A DNA stretch of 22,657 nt from Ignavibacteriales bacterium (GTDB taxonomy: Bacteria; Bacteroidota; Ignavibacteria; UBA10030; UBA6906): NCBI GenBank assembly GCA_037441705.1, contig JBBIRR010000055.1:1-22657 (forward strand). Direction: 5' to 3'. The position numbers were made by a program, and so were the translations under genes. Of the stretch, positions 1 to 10,253 are shown piece after piece. Each line of letters starts with the position of its first letter. The stretch's first letter is position 1. The notes beneath the pieces were generated by a model. The model worked only from the letters and a program-made list of their open reading frames with translations. It searched no databases and was not told the DNA's origin.

Positions 1-1
1 G

Positions 2-892
2 ACCGGCATGGTGCGCCGCTCCAGCACGGAAAATTTCGAGCGGGTCGAACACCTCCGGGACAAAATCACGATTCGGCAGGCCGACCTTCTTGATCAACTT
101 TCATTGATTGATTTGATCGAAGAAACAGAGCCGGATGAGATTTACAATCTTGCCGCACAGTCCTTTGTGCCGACCTCATGGATCCAGCCGGCGTTGACGG
201 GCGAGTTCACAGCGTTGGGCGTGACGAAGATGCTGGAGGCGATCCGGCTGGTCAACAAGAAGATCAAGTTCTATCAGGCAAGCTCCAGCGAAATGTTCGG
301 CAAGGTGCTGGAAATACCGCAGAACGAGAAGACGCCGTTCTATCCGCGCAGTCCCTACGGCGTCGCGAAAGTCTACGGGCATTTTATCACGGTCAACTAT
401 CGCGAAAGCTACGATATCTTCGCCGTGTCGGGCATTCTCTTCAATCACGAATCCCCACGGCGCGGTTTGGAGTTTGTGACGCGTAAGATCTCCGACGGCG
501 TTGCGCGCATCAAGTTGGGCCTTGCCCACGAACTGCGGCTGGGCAACCTCGACGCCAAGCGCGACTGGGGTTTTGCGGGCGACTACGTCGAAGCGATGTG
601 GATGATGCTGCAGCAGAAACAGGCGCAGGACTTCGTCATTGCAACGGGAGAGACGCACAGCGTGCGGGAGTTTGCCGAGATCGCCTTTGAGCATGTGGGA
701 TTGAACTGGAAGAAGTACGTGAAGGTGGACAAGAGCCTCTTCCGTCCGGCAGAAGTAGAACAGTTGGTCGGCGACGCATCCAAAGCGCGCCGCATCCTTG
801 GCTGGAAGCCACGTGTCGGCTTCACGGAATTGGTGCACATGATGGTTGACGCCGACCTTGCCCGCCTGCAGAAACAAAAAGGCTCGCGCTGA
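2..892 (+). CDS. gmd: GDP-mannose 4,6-dehydratase (5'-truncated by window edge)
   Basis: [26 protein letters not shown] (YxxxK), [23 protein letters not shown] are typical Gmd motifs. The frame is open to the window start (TGMVRRSS) and the N-terminal GxxGxxG is missing, so the true start lies upstream. Confidence 0.95.
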   Translation, partial: TGMVRRSSTENFERVEHLRDKITIRQADLLDQLSLIDLIEETEPDEIYNLAAQSFVPTSWIQPALTGEFTALGVTKMLEAIRLVNKKIKFYQASSSEMFGKVLEIPQNEKTPFYPRSPYGVAKVYGHFITVNYRESYDIFAVSGILFNHESPRRGLEFVTRKISDGVARIKLGLAHELRLGNLDAKRDWGFAGDYVEAMWMMLQQKQAQDFVIATGETHSVREFAEIAFEHVGLNWKKYVKVDKSLFRPAEVEQLVGDASKARRILGWKPRVGFTELVHMMVDADLARLQKQKGSR

Positions 893-897
893 GAATC

Positions 898-1902
898 ATG
901 CGAGCTCTCATTACGGGCATCAACGGGTTTGTGGGCAGTCATCTTGCCGACCTTCTGGTCTCCCTCGGCAGCGTTGAGACGCATGGGACGATTCTCCGTT
1001 CTGACGAGCCGCTGAACAACATCGCGCATCTTCTCAACCGCCTTACCCTTCATCAGGCGGATATTACAGATGTCGAGCGCATCGCAGCACTCGTCGAGAC
1101 CATTCGTCCCGATCGCATTCTGCATATTGCAGGGCAAGCCTTTGTGCCCACGTCGCTGCGAGATCCACTGGGAACATTTCGAGCCAATCTCCTCGGCGGT
1201 CTCGCTGTGCTTGAGGCGGCGCGCAGGGTTTACACACAAACCGGCACAGGCCCGAGCGTGCTGGTGGTCAGCAGCGGCGAGGTGTACGGTGTTGTCTCCC
1301 CACAACAACTCCCCATCATCGAGGAGATGCCCATCAACCCGAACAATCCCTATGCGGCAAGCAAGGCCGGCCTCGACCTGATCGCACAGCAATATGCACG
1401 CGCTTTTGGTGTTGACGTCGTTATCGTCCGGCCGTTCAACCACGCGGGGCCGCGACAGAACCCGGCTTTTGTTGTGTCGGACTTTGCCCGGCAGGTTGCT
1501 CTGATTGCGCTGCACCAACAGGAGCCGGTCATTCATGTTGGCAACGTTGATGTGCAGCGGGATTTCACGGACGTGCGCGACGTTGTGCGCGCGTACTGGA
1601 TGCTGTTCGAACGGCAGACCGATGAGATCGTGTTCAACGTTGCCTCGAACCGCCCCGTGCAGATTCGGGAAATCCTCACACAGCTTGCTGCCATCAGCGG
1701 CCTCGATGTGGAGATTCGCCAGGAACCCGATCGGGTGCGGGCGTATGATGCTCCTGCAATCAGCGCGAGCTACGAACGCTTGAACAAAGCGACAGGCTGG
1801 GTTCCTTCGATTCCTTTCCGCAAGACGCTCGAAGACGTGTACAGCTATTGGCTTGAGGCGCTCCGCGTCGCACAGACTCCGGCAGTTCCTCGTACCGCAT
1901 GA
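898..1902 (+). CDS. Extended SDR, probable GDP-4-dehydro-6-deoxy-D-mannose reductase (Rmd-like)
   Basis: TGINGFVG nucleotide-binding motif, SSGEVYG, NPYAASK, RPFNHAGPRQ, RDFTDVRDVVRAY. Lies 5 nt after gmd. The product (GDP-D-rhamnose versus a related deoxyhexose) is inferred. Confidence 0.8.
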   Translation: MRALITGINGFVGSHLADLLVSLGSVETHGTILRSDEPLNNIAHLLNRLTLHQADITDVERIAALVETIRPDRILHIAGQAFVPTSLRDPLGTFRANLLGGLAVLEAARRVYTQTGTGPSVLVVSSGEVYGVVSPQQLPIIEEMPINPNNPYAASKAGLDLIAQQYARAFGVDVVIVRPFNHAGPRQNPAFVVSDFARQVALIALHQQEPVIHVGNVDVQRDFTDVRDVVRAYWMLFERQTDEIVFNVASNRPVQIREILTQLAAISGLDVEIRQEPDRVRAYDAPAISASYERLNKATGWVPSIPFRKTLEDVYSYWLEALRVAQTPAVPRTA

Positions 1903-3044
1903 AGATCCTCATCGTCAACTGGCAGGATATCAAGAATCCTCTTGCCGGTGGAGCTGAAGTCCATTTGCACGAAGTGTTTTCGCGCATCGCGCGCAGGGGA
2001 CACGCCGTGACGCTGGTGTGTTCTTCCTTTCCCGGCGCTCCATCGGAAGAAACCATCAATGGGATTCGCGTCCTTCGCCGGGGAGGGCGGTACCTGTTCA
2101 ATTTCCGCTTTGCATTCGAGTATCTTGTTCGGCTGCGCAAGATGGACTTCGATATTGTCGTAGACGACATGAACAAGATTCCGTTCTTCACACCGCTCTA
2201 TGTCCGTACGCCGATTTATGGTGTGACGCATCATCTCTTCGGCAGAAGCATTTTTCTCGAGACCAACTTCCTCCTCGCTTCCTACGTGTACTGGATGGAA
2301 CGGCTCGCCGTGTCGCTCTACAAGCGGAAGCGCATCCCCTTTATTGTTGGGTCTCCAAGCACCGTGCGGGAGTTGCATCAGGCAGGCTTCGAACCGGAAT
2401 CGGTTGCGCTCATCAACTACGGCGTTGATCATACAACGCACCACCGGCGCAACGCCGTCAAAAGCTCAACCCCCTTTGTAGGCTATTTCGGCAGGCTCAA
2501 GAAATACAAATGCGTTGATCATTTCTTGCACGCCCTCCCGACGGTTCTTCGATCCGTCCCCGAGCTGAAGGTTGTTATCGTGGGAGACGGCGATGACAGG
2601 CCGCGGCTGGAACGCATTGCGCAGCAATTGAACGTGCACCACGTTGTGGAGTTCACCGGCTTCGTGTCTGAGGAGAGAAAGATTCAGCTCTTGCAGCAGA
2701 TGTGGTGCAAAGTGACGACGTCGTCCAAGGAAGGATGGGGCCTCACCGTCATCGAAGCAAACGCATGCGGCACCCCGGTCATTGCGAGCAATGTGGAAGG
2801 CCTGCGAGATGCAGTGAGAGATGGAGAGACAGGCCTCTTGTATGAGTTTGGGAATGTAAGCGACCTCGCAGCGAAATTGACACACGTGCTGATGGATACG
2901 GACCTGCGCGAGAAGCTCACACGCGGCGCGATCGAGTGGTCCAGGAAGTTTGATTGGGAAAGAGCAGCGGAGGAAACAATCGTACTTCTGAAGAAACGCG
3001 TTGAGGAATACAGCCCTACTCTTTCTTCTCCTCCTTTCGGGTGA
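1899..3044 (+). CDS. Glycosyltransferase family 4 (GT-B)
   Basis: NPLAGGAEVH N-terminus, GRLKKYK, EGWGLTVIEANACGTPVIAS (Ex7E), DGETGLL. ATGA overlap with the upstream gene. Confidence 0.92.
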   Translation: MKILIVNWQDIKNPLAGGAEVHLHEVFSRIARRGHAVTLVCSSFPGAPSEETINGIRVLRRGGRYLFNFRFAFEYLVRLRKMDFDIVVDDMNKIPFFTPLYVRTPIYGVTHHLFGRSIFLETNFLLASYVYWMERLAVSLYKRKRIPFIVGSPSTVRELHQAGFEPESVALINYGVDHTTHHRRNAVKSSTPFVGYFGRLKKYKCVDHFLHALPTVLRSVPELKVVIVGDGDDRPRLERIAQQLNVHHVVEFTGFVSEERKIQLLQQMWCKVTTSSKEGWGLTVIEANACGTPVIASNVEGLRDAVRDGETGLLYEFGNVSDLAAKLTHVLMDTDLREKLTRGAIEWSRKFDWERAAEETIVLLKKRVEEYSPTLSSPPFG

Positions 3045-3396
3045 TCCCATAAATTGTTTCGCCTTCCCGCACCTGAATCGAGACGTTATCATTCGTCCAT
3101 ATCACCCGTGTGGAGAGGAGCTTCTTGATCTCCTGCAGCTCATAGCGTACGTCGGAAAACCCCTGCGTCAGGACTTGCACGGATGCGTGCAGTCCGTCGA
3201 ACCGGTGTCCCAAGGATTCAAGCCTCCGCTCTAACGACTCAAGTCTCTCGTTGGTTTCAGCAAAGCGCTCGTTCGTCGTCCGCTCTAACGACTCGAGTCT
3301 CGCGTTGGTTTCGGTAAAGCGCTGATTCGTCTCCTCCTGTCCTCGACGGATGCCTTTCAGCTCGTCAAGAATTTCACGCAGAATTTGCTCGTCCAT
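3016..3396 (-). CDS. Hypothetical coiled-coil protein with 18-aa tandem repeat
   Basis: 126-aa ORF with heptad-like pattern (ETNQRFTETNARLESLER / TTNERFAETNERLESLER). Fills the gap between GT4 and the TonB-receptor terminator. Possible TTGCTT-N17-TATATA promoter at 3448-3420. Confidence 0.75.
   Translation of the reverse strand: MDEQILREILDELKGIRRGQEETNQRFTETNARLESLERTTNERFAETNERLESLERRLESLGHRFDGLHASVQVLTQGFSDVRYELQEIKKLLSTRVIWTNDNVSIQVREGETIYGITRKEEKKE
3225..3332. repeat. 2 x 54-bp intragenic tandem repeat
   Basis: 3225-3278 versus 3279-3332 match at 47/54 positions by manual alignment. Confidence 0.9.
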
Positions 3397-3467
3397 TGGT
3401 TGCTCTGCCGGTGCAGGCGTATATACGTAAGATCATTGTTGGAAGCAACCCCTCCGCACAGAACCAA

Positions 3468-3500
3468 CAGCCCTGCTGCTCGTACTGAACAGCAGGGCTG
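3468..3500 (-). terminator. Putative intrinsic terminator of the TonB-dependent receptor gene
   Basis: CAGCCCTGCTG / CAGCAGGGCTG perfect 11-bp stem, 28 nt after the stop codon. Only a weak U-rich tail on the minus strand. Confidence 0.65.
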
Positions 3501-3528
3501 GAAAGGAATGGTTAATGTCTCGCTTTAC

Positions 3529-6500
3529 TTAGTTAAATGTGTACCGAATGCCGAACTGGACTCTGAACACATCGGTGATTTCCGTCGTTTGTTCGAGCGG
3601 ATCGGTCAGGAGCTGGTTGCCTGTATTGCGGAAGCGGAACACCGGTACGCCGGCGCTTGTTACGCGCATGTATTGCAGCGGTTGCACGCTGTTGTTGCTG
3701 GTAAAGCGATAGCGTTTGCCGACACCCCACTTCTTATTCAGCAAGTTGCCGACATTCAAGAGGTCAACCCGCAATTCCAGCGCATTTCTCTTCTCGAGGA
3801 GATTTGTAAAAATCTCCTGTGCAATGCTCAGGTCCGCGCGGAAGACCATCGGCAACATTGCAGCGCCGCGTTCGGCATAGCCGCCGCGATGCTTCCTGAG
3901 GTAGGAATCGTTGTTGATGTATTGATTGAACGCATCGATCTGCTGTTGGACGGTGAACGTGGTACCGCTGGCCGTGTACTGTTCGAACGTTAACTCGCTT
4001 GCGTCACGCGGTATGTAAATCAGATCGTTCGTGCCGCCATCGCCGTTCATGTCGTTGCTGTAGGCAAAACTGAAGTTACCAAATCCGAGGTACGTGTTTC
4101 TCGATCCTTCCCAGAACAGCGATATCGTCGTCGCGCCGAAGTCGAAGTACTCCGCGCGATACGAAGCGGCAAGGAAAACCCGATGACCTGGCGAGCCTCC
4201 GGCGAATGCCGACGAGAATCCCAGTCCCGGATTGTTCGGATCGCCCGAGTGCTGATTCGTTGCCCATGAACCGAACGCGATCGATCCGGGATCCACGGTG
4301 TTCTTGGAGACACCATAGCTGTATGCCGCCTTGAGGAAGAGTCCGTCGCGCCACGGTTTTTCGATCGTTGCGGCAACACTCCATGAATATCCCTTGCTCT
4401 CGTTCTTGAGCACGATCGCGTTGGCGATTTGGTTCCCCGGGGTATTGTTAATCCGATTGCTCGTCCAGCGGGGACGATTATCCGGCCCTGCGAAGCGGGT
4501 TTGCGCTGCAGGGAGGTTCGCGTTGATGTAGTAGATGCCGTTCACATCGCGGGCGTATACCAACTCAGCCGTTCCGATCAAGCCCCACGGAAGTTGCTGA
4601 TCGATCGCCAGGTTGCTCTTCCACAACTGGGGGAATCGGAAGTTCGGATCGGTCAACGCCAATTCATAGCTCGAAGCGGGGGCACCGGTTACGTTCGTCG
4701 GCTTGTAGCGATTCGGATCAGGATTGAAGGGCCTTCGTCGCGTATTGCTCACGCTCTCGAAACCCGTGAGAACGCCCGTGTTGCCGATTTGGTTGGAAAT
4801 CCAGACGTATGCGGGTCGCCCGGTGAAGATTCCCGTACCGCCGCGAATCTGTGTGCTGCGGTCGCCTGTCACATCCCAGTTGAAACCGAGGCGTGGCGAG
4901 AACAGAGGATTGGGATCCGGTAGCTTATCCGACTGGTACTTCACCGGCGCTCCGGTTTCGTCTCTGAATGTCGTGGTGTCTGCATTCGCGTTCCTGTAGC
5001 CCGTCTTCTGGAAATACGGAACGTCGACCCTCAATCCCAGCGTCAACTTCAATCGATCGGTGGCTTGCCATTCGTCTTGCGCATACAGACCGCCGTACCA
5101 TACCTTCAGAGGCTGGATAGGCTTGTTCAGTCCGGGAATGTTCATCCAGCGGACCTGGAAGAGAGCCAGCGTCACCGTGGAGGTGTCTCTGTTAGGATTG
5201 GCAAGATAGCCGTTGGCATCCGTGTAGAAATCGGCGAGCGAGTTGTACACGTACACGCTTTGCGAGCCGGGGAAGAACACGTTTTCCGACTCGTAGCGTT
5301 CCAAACTCAGGCCGAAAGTAAAGGTATGACTCTCTTTGAAGATCGAGAGGTTGTTTTGTAACTGGTAGCTTTTGTACCGCAGTTCGTTGTTCGGTGTGAA
5401 CGGCTCGAACCCGAACGTCGTGTACACGCTGCCGCTCTCACGAATATCCACCATCGGGAAGAACGTCCCTCGCGGGCTTCGGCTCTCATCGTGGAAGGAG
5501 TACCCGACCATCAGGTTGTTCGCCAGGTCTTCACTCAGCACCGAATTCCATTCGCCGACGATCGAGCGAATGTTTTCAAGAATGCCGTAGTTCGAATTGG
5601 CGAAGTTCAACCCATTGGTGTTGCTCCGACGGCTGCCGGCACCGAGTGAAGATGAGTTTGAAACCAACACGTCGGTTTCGGAATCGAGATGGTTGTACCG
5701 GAGGGTGAACTTGTTGTTTTCGTCGAGATTGAAGTTGAGCTTGGCGATGAATCGGCGTGCCGGTGTCTTGAAATCGTATCCCTGATACGGCCCGGTATCG
5801 TAGTTGAAATTCGTCTTCAGGAAACTGCTCAGCCGATCGAGGTCCGAGGCCAGCACGCGTGTGGTATTTCCCCCCACAGGAGTGGAAGTATCCGGCCGGG
5901 CTTTGAAGGTCGTACCCGGCTGCGTGAGACGCTCGTCCTCAAAGCTTCCGAAGAAGAAGAGCCTGTCCGGAATGATCGCGCCGCCGATTCTCACACCCAC
6001 CTGCCGGTAGCTGAAGGTCCCGGGATCGCGGGTCAAATCGCCCGCCTTCGTACCCACCAATCCCTGATGACGAAAGATATAGTACGCCGAACCAGAAATC
6101 TCATTGGTACCACTTTTTGTAACCGTGTTGACGCCGGCCCCGACAAAATTGCCCTGGCGGACATCGTACGGAGCGATGTTCACCTCGACTTGCTCGATGG
6201 CGTCAAGCGAAATCGGGGCAACGCCCGTTCGGTCTCCGGGCTGCCCCGCCAATCCGAAGGAGTTGTTGAAGTAGGATCCGTCAACCGTCACGTTGTTGAG
6301 GCGGTTGTCGATACCGCCGTAGGAGTTGGGGCCACTGGCTTGTGGGGTAAGCCGGGTGAAGTCGCCGATAACGCGGCTAATGGTTGGCAATTTCGCGATA
6401 GCATCTGTTGCGACGGACGTGGCTGCACCGGTGCGCGAGGCATTCAGCACCGTTGGGCGTTCTGCAACGATCACGACTTCCTCTCCAGCAACTGCTTCCT

Positions 6501-6849
6501 CGGCAAGGGAGAAATCCAAATTCAATGTCTGCGCCAGTTGAAGATAGATCTCTTCCTTTGACTGTTTTTGATAACCAACGATGGAGGCCGTCACCGTGTA
6601 CGGTCCACCGACGCGCATGTTGGGCACGGTATAGCGTCCGTCGGAGCGCGTCGTCGTTCCATACTTCGTGCCGCTCGGCTCGTGGACGGCGATGATGTTC
6701 ACGCCGGGCAGGGCCTCACCCGTCTTGCTGGTTACCTTTCCGTTGAGCGCTGCCGTGGTCACTCCTTGTGCGAGCACAACGGAGCTTACCAACACGCACT
6801 GCAACACCAACGTAGCAAGAAGGTGCAGTGGGGTAAACAAAGTCCTCAT
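3529..6849 (-). CDS. TonB-dependent outer-membrane receptor, Oar-like, with N-terminal carboxypeptidase-regulatory-like domain
   Basis: Signal peptide (MRTLFTP...VLA-Q), GKVTSKTGEALPGVNI domain, plug (NNVTVDG, ISLDAIEQVEV, GAGVNTVTKSGTN), YAQDEW, SPRLGFNWD, C-terminal GIRYTFN. Start moved from 6957 to ATG 6849 because of a GGAGA RBS and signal-peptide length. Confidence 0.92.
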   Translation of the reverse strand: MRTLFTPLHLLATLVLQCVLVSSVVLAQGVTTAALNGKVTSKTGEALPGVNIIAVHEPSGTKYGTTTRSDGRYTVPNMRVGGPYTVTASIVGYQKQSKEEIYLQLAQTLNLDFSLAEEAVAGEEVVIVAERPTVLNASRTGAATSVATDAIAKLPTISRVIGDFTRLTPQASGPNSYGGIDNRLNNVTVDGSYFNNSFGLAGQPGDRTGVAPISLDAIEQVEVNIAPYDVRQGNFVGAGVNTVTKSGTNEISGSAYYIFRHQGLVGTKAGDLTRDPGTFSYRQVGVRIGGAIIPDRLFFFGSFEDERLTQPGTTFKARPDTSTPVGGNTTRVLASDLDRLSSFLKTNFNYDTGPYQGYDFKTPARRFIAKLNFNLDENNKFTLRYNHLDSETDVLVSNSSSLGAGSRRSNTNGLNFANSNYGILENIRSIVGEWNSVLSEDLANNLMVGYSFHDESRSPRGTFFPMVDIRESGSVYTTFGFEPFTPNNELRYKSYQLQNNLSIFKESHTFTFGLSLERYESENVFFPGSQSVYVYNSLADFYTDANGYLANPNRDTSTVTLALFQVRWMNIPGLNKPIQPLKVWYGGLYAQDEWQATDRLKLTLGLRVDVPYFQKTGYRNANADTTTFRDETGAPVKYQSDKLPDPNPLFSPRLGFNWDVTGDRSTQIRGGTGIFTGRPAYVWISNQIGNTGVLTGFESVSNTRRRPFNPDPNRYKPTNVTGAPASSYELALTDPNFRFPQLWKSNLAIDQQLPWGLIGTAELVYARDVNGIYYINANLPAAQTRFAGPDNRPRWTSNRINNTPGNQIANAIVLKNESKGYSWSVAATIEKPWRDGLFLKAAYSYGVSKNTVDPGSIAFGSWATNQHSGDPNNPGLGFSSAFAGGSPGHRVFLAASYRAEYFDFGATTISLFWEGSRNTYLGFGNFSFAYSNDMNGDGGTNDLIYIPRDASELTFEQYTASGTTFTVQQQIDAFNQYINNDSYLRKHRGGYAERGAAMLPMVFRADLSIAQEIFTNLLEKRNALELRVDLLNVGNLLNKKWGVGKRYRFTSNNSVQPLQYMRVTSAGVPVFRFRNTGNQLLTDPLEQTTEITDVFRVQFGIRYTFN

Positions 6850-6970
6850 AGGGGATCTCCTATATGGTGAGTATGAGTACTTGAATGTGAGTTTGGGTAC
6901 AGCAATGATCGTTGAAGAACACATTGGCGCACCGGAACGGTGCCGGACGGGTTGCATCAGAAGCTAATCC

Positions 6971-6999
6971 AACTTAACGAACGGCAGATTGAAAAACAA
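6971..6999 (-). promoter_or_regulatory. Possible sigma70-type promoter for the TonB receptor
   Basis: TTGTTT-N17-TAAGTT on the minus strand. Confidence 0.35.
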
Positions 7000-7127
7000 G
7001 AAAAACTTTTGTTACCGTGGTGTCAACGCGATGTAAAGGACGCCTTGCAATTCTATAGGGTTTTCAATTTATTACCACGCGATAATCGGCAGTTCTTTTC
7101 CATGCTACTTCCACAGGAGTGCCATTC

Positions 7128-7520
7128 ATGACGAACGAAGCGACCCAGCCTGCCCCGGTCAAAGCAAAGAAGCGTCCACGCGAACTTGCCGTCGTCAATC
7201 AAGCCGGATGCACAGGCTGCGAAGTGTGCATCGAGTTCTGTCCCGTGGATTGCATTCTCACGGTTCCCGGTCCCGAGTACGACCAACATAAGAAGCTCGT
7301 CGAGATTGATCTCGACATTTGCATCGGCTGCAAACTCTGTGTGAAGTACTGCCCGTGGGAGACGATCGAGATGATCCCGAGCGGCGAAGCGCTGGAAGTT
7401 GCTGCTGCGTGGACACAACGCTCCGTTCTGCCGGAAGCCGACTGGATCCGCAATTCAGCGGCCGAGATCGTCGAGCGAGGGCCGCTGCCCCTGCCCGGAA
7501 GCAAAGTGGACCTTTCGTAG
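7128..7520 (+). CDS. 2[4Fe-4S] dicluster ferredoxin-like protein
   Basis: CTGCEVCIEFCP and CIGCKLCVKYCP motifs. AGGAG RBS 8 nt before ATG 7128. Confidence 0.9.
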   Translation: MTNEATQPAPVKAKKRPRELAVVNQAGCTGCEVCIEFCPVDCILTVPGPEYDQHKKLVEIDLDICIGCKLCVKYCPWETIEMIPSGEALEVAAAWTQRSVLPEADWIRNSAAEIVERGPLPLPGSKVDLS

Positions 7521-7570
7521 TTCATGCCCGCATCGAGTTTCAGGACTGCTTCGCACGCTGAGTCACTTCG

Positions 7571-7599
7571 TTGATTCTCGTTCGATTTTTTGATATTCT
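7571..7599 (+). promoter_or_regulatory. Sigma70-type promoter of tRNA-Thr
   Basis: TTGATT-N17-TATTCT ending 15 nt upstream of the tRNA. Confidence 0.65.
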
Positions 7600-7614
7600 A
7601 TAGCGGAATTTTTT

Positions 7615-7686
7615 GCTGGAGTAGCTCAGCGGTAGAGCAGCGGTTTCGTAAACCGCAGGTCATGGGTTCAAATCCCATCTCCAGCT
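7615..7686 (+). tRNA. tRNA-Thr (anticodon CGT), CCA not encoded
   Basis: Acceptor GCTGGAG/CTCCAGC, D-arm GCTC-AGCGGTA-GAGC, anticodon stem GCGGT/ACCGC with loop TTCGTAA, T-arm ATGGG-TTCAAAT-CCCAT. Confidence 0.97.
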
Positions 7687-7726
7687 CGAGTAGCATTGGA
7701 ATTCTCAACAGCGTATCTGGCTAATA

Positions 7727-7754
7727 GTAGAGACGTTCCCCTGAACGTCTCTAC
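7727..7754 (+). repeat. GTAG-type REP-like palindrome, may also act as tRNA terminator
   Basis: GTAGAGACGTTC-CCCT-GAACGTCTCTAC, a perfect 12-bp stem followed by GTGTTTTT. Confidence 0.7.
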
Positions 7755-7774
7755 GTGTTTTTGGAGATGGGTGA

Positions 7775-8740
7775 ATGTTTGATGTCTTAATCATCGGCGC
7801 CGGACCTTCAGGTCTTTCGTGTGCCATCGAAGCGCGGCGGGCGGGACTCTCTGCCGTGGTGCTGGAGAAGGGGAGTGTCGTTGATGCTATCCGCCGCTTC
7901 CCGACCGGTCTGATATGGTTTTCCACACCGGAGCTTCTCGAGATCGGAAACATTCCCTTTGTCATCCCGACCACGCGGCCTACACGCGTTGATGCCATCA
8001 ACTACTATCAGCGCGTTGCAGCCCACTTCACGCTGGACATCCGAACGCATGACGGCGTGCAGGACGTGCAGAAGAACGGCGATCATTTCCTCGTTACCAC
8101 CCACAAGAAAAAGCAGTATCGGGCGAAGAACGTCGTCGTTGCAACGGGCTACTACGATCATCCCAACAGACTCGGTGTGCCAGGCGAGGACTTGCCGAAC
8201 GTTGCTCATCACTATCGTGAACCGTTTGAGTTTTTCGGTTGCGATGTTGCGGTTGTCGGAGGGAGGAATTCGGCGGTCGAGGCGGCGTTGGATTTGTTTC
8301 GACATGGCGCTCGCGTCACGCTCATTCACCGTGGGTCGGAGCTGAGTAAAGGCGTCAAGTATTGGATTCTCCCCGATATCGAAAACCGTATCAAGAATGG
8401 AGAGATCAAGGCCCTGTTCAATTCCGTCGTGAAGGAAATCCGTGAAGCAAGTATCCTCGTTCACACAGCGCAGGGGTTGGTCGAAGTGAAAAACGACTTT
8501 ACGTTTGTGCTCATCGGTTTCCATCCTGATACCGACCATCTGCGCAGCTACGGTGTGGAAATCAACCCCGACACACTGGCTCCCGTTCACGATGAGAGCA
8601 CCCTCGAAACGAACGTCCCCGGGTTGTACGTGTGCGGCTCAATCGTTGCCGGAAAGAACAACAACAAGATTTTTGTGGAGAATGGGAGGCTGCACGGCTC
8701 GGTGATCGTCTCGGCCATCCTCGGGAAGCGCGCTCGGTAG
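7775..8740 (+). CDS. ypdA: YpdA-family putative bacillithiol disulfide reductase (FAD/NADPH)
   Basis: GAGPSG FAD motif, FSTPELLEIG, ATGYYD, VGGRNSA NADPH motif, VKYWILPDIENRI, FVENGRLHG. TrxB-like but lacks CxxC. Confidence 0.88.
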   Translation: MFDVLIIGAGPSGLSCAIEARRAGLSAVVLEKGSVVDAIRRFPTGLIWFSTPELLEIGNIPFVIPTTRPTRVDAINYYQRVAAHFTLDIRTHDGVQDVQKNGDHFLVTTHKKKQYRAKNVVVATGYYDHPNRLGVPGEDLPNVAHHYREPFEFFGCDVAVVGGRNSAVEAALDLFRHGARVTLIHRGSELSKGVKYWILPDIENRIKNGEIKALFNSVVKEIREASILVHTAQGLVEVKNDFTFVLIGFHPDTDHLRSYGVEINPDTLAPVHDESTLETNVPGLYVCGSIVAGKNNNKIFVENGRLHGSVIVSAILGKRAR

Positions 8741-8760
8741 TGCGAGCATTGTTGGTTGCG

Positions 8761-8789
8761 TTGATTCTCAGTGCCAATTTGGGTATTTT
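8761..8789 (+). promoter_or_regulatory. Sigma70-type promoter of atpD-atpC
   Basis: TTGATT-N17-TATTTT, followed by AAAGGA RBS before ATG 8842. Confidence 0.6.
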
Positions 8790-8841
8790 ACTGCCCAAGA
8801 AATTTGGCCAACCGAACGTATCTTCACCAGAAAGGAACTGA

Positions 8842-10251
<1,410 letters not shown>

Positions 10252-10253
10252 GT

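Noticed and set aside
176-1536. Minus-strand ORFs 176-877 and 583-1536 (and similar ones opposite GT4, the TonB receptor, ypdA, atpD, manC)
   Set aside because: All lie opposite well-supported genes and have non-protein-like composition.
6850-6957. N-terminal extension of the TonB receptor in the ORF track
   Set aside because: ATG 6849 has an RBS and gives a normal signal peptide; the extension is probably 5' UTR.
7615-7686. tRNA-Thr as an integration site for an island
   Set aside because: No integrase and no duplicated tRNA 3' end noticed in the window; the flanking genes are housekeeping.
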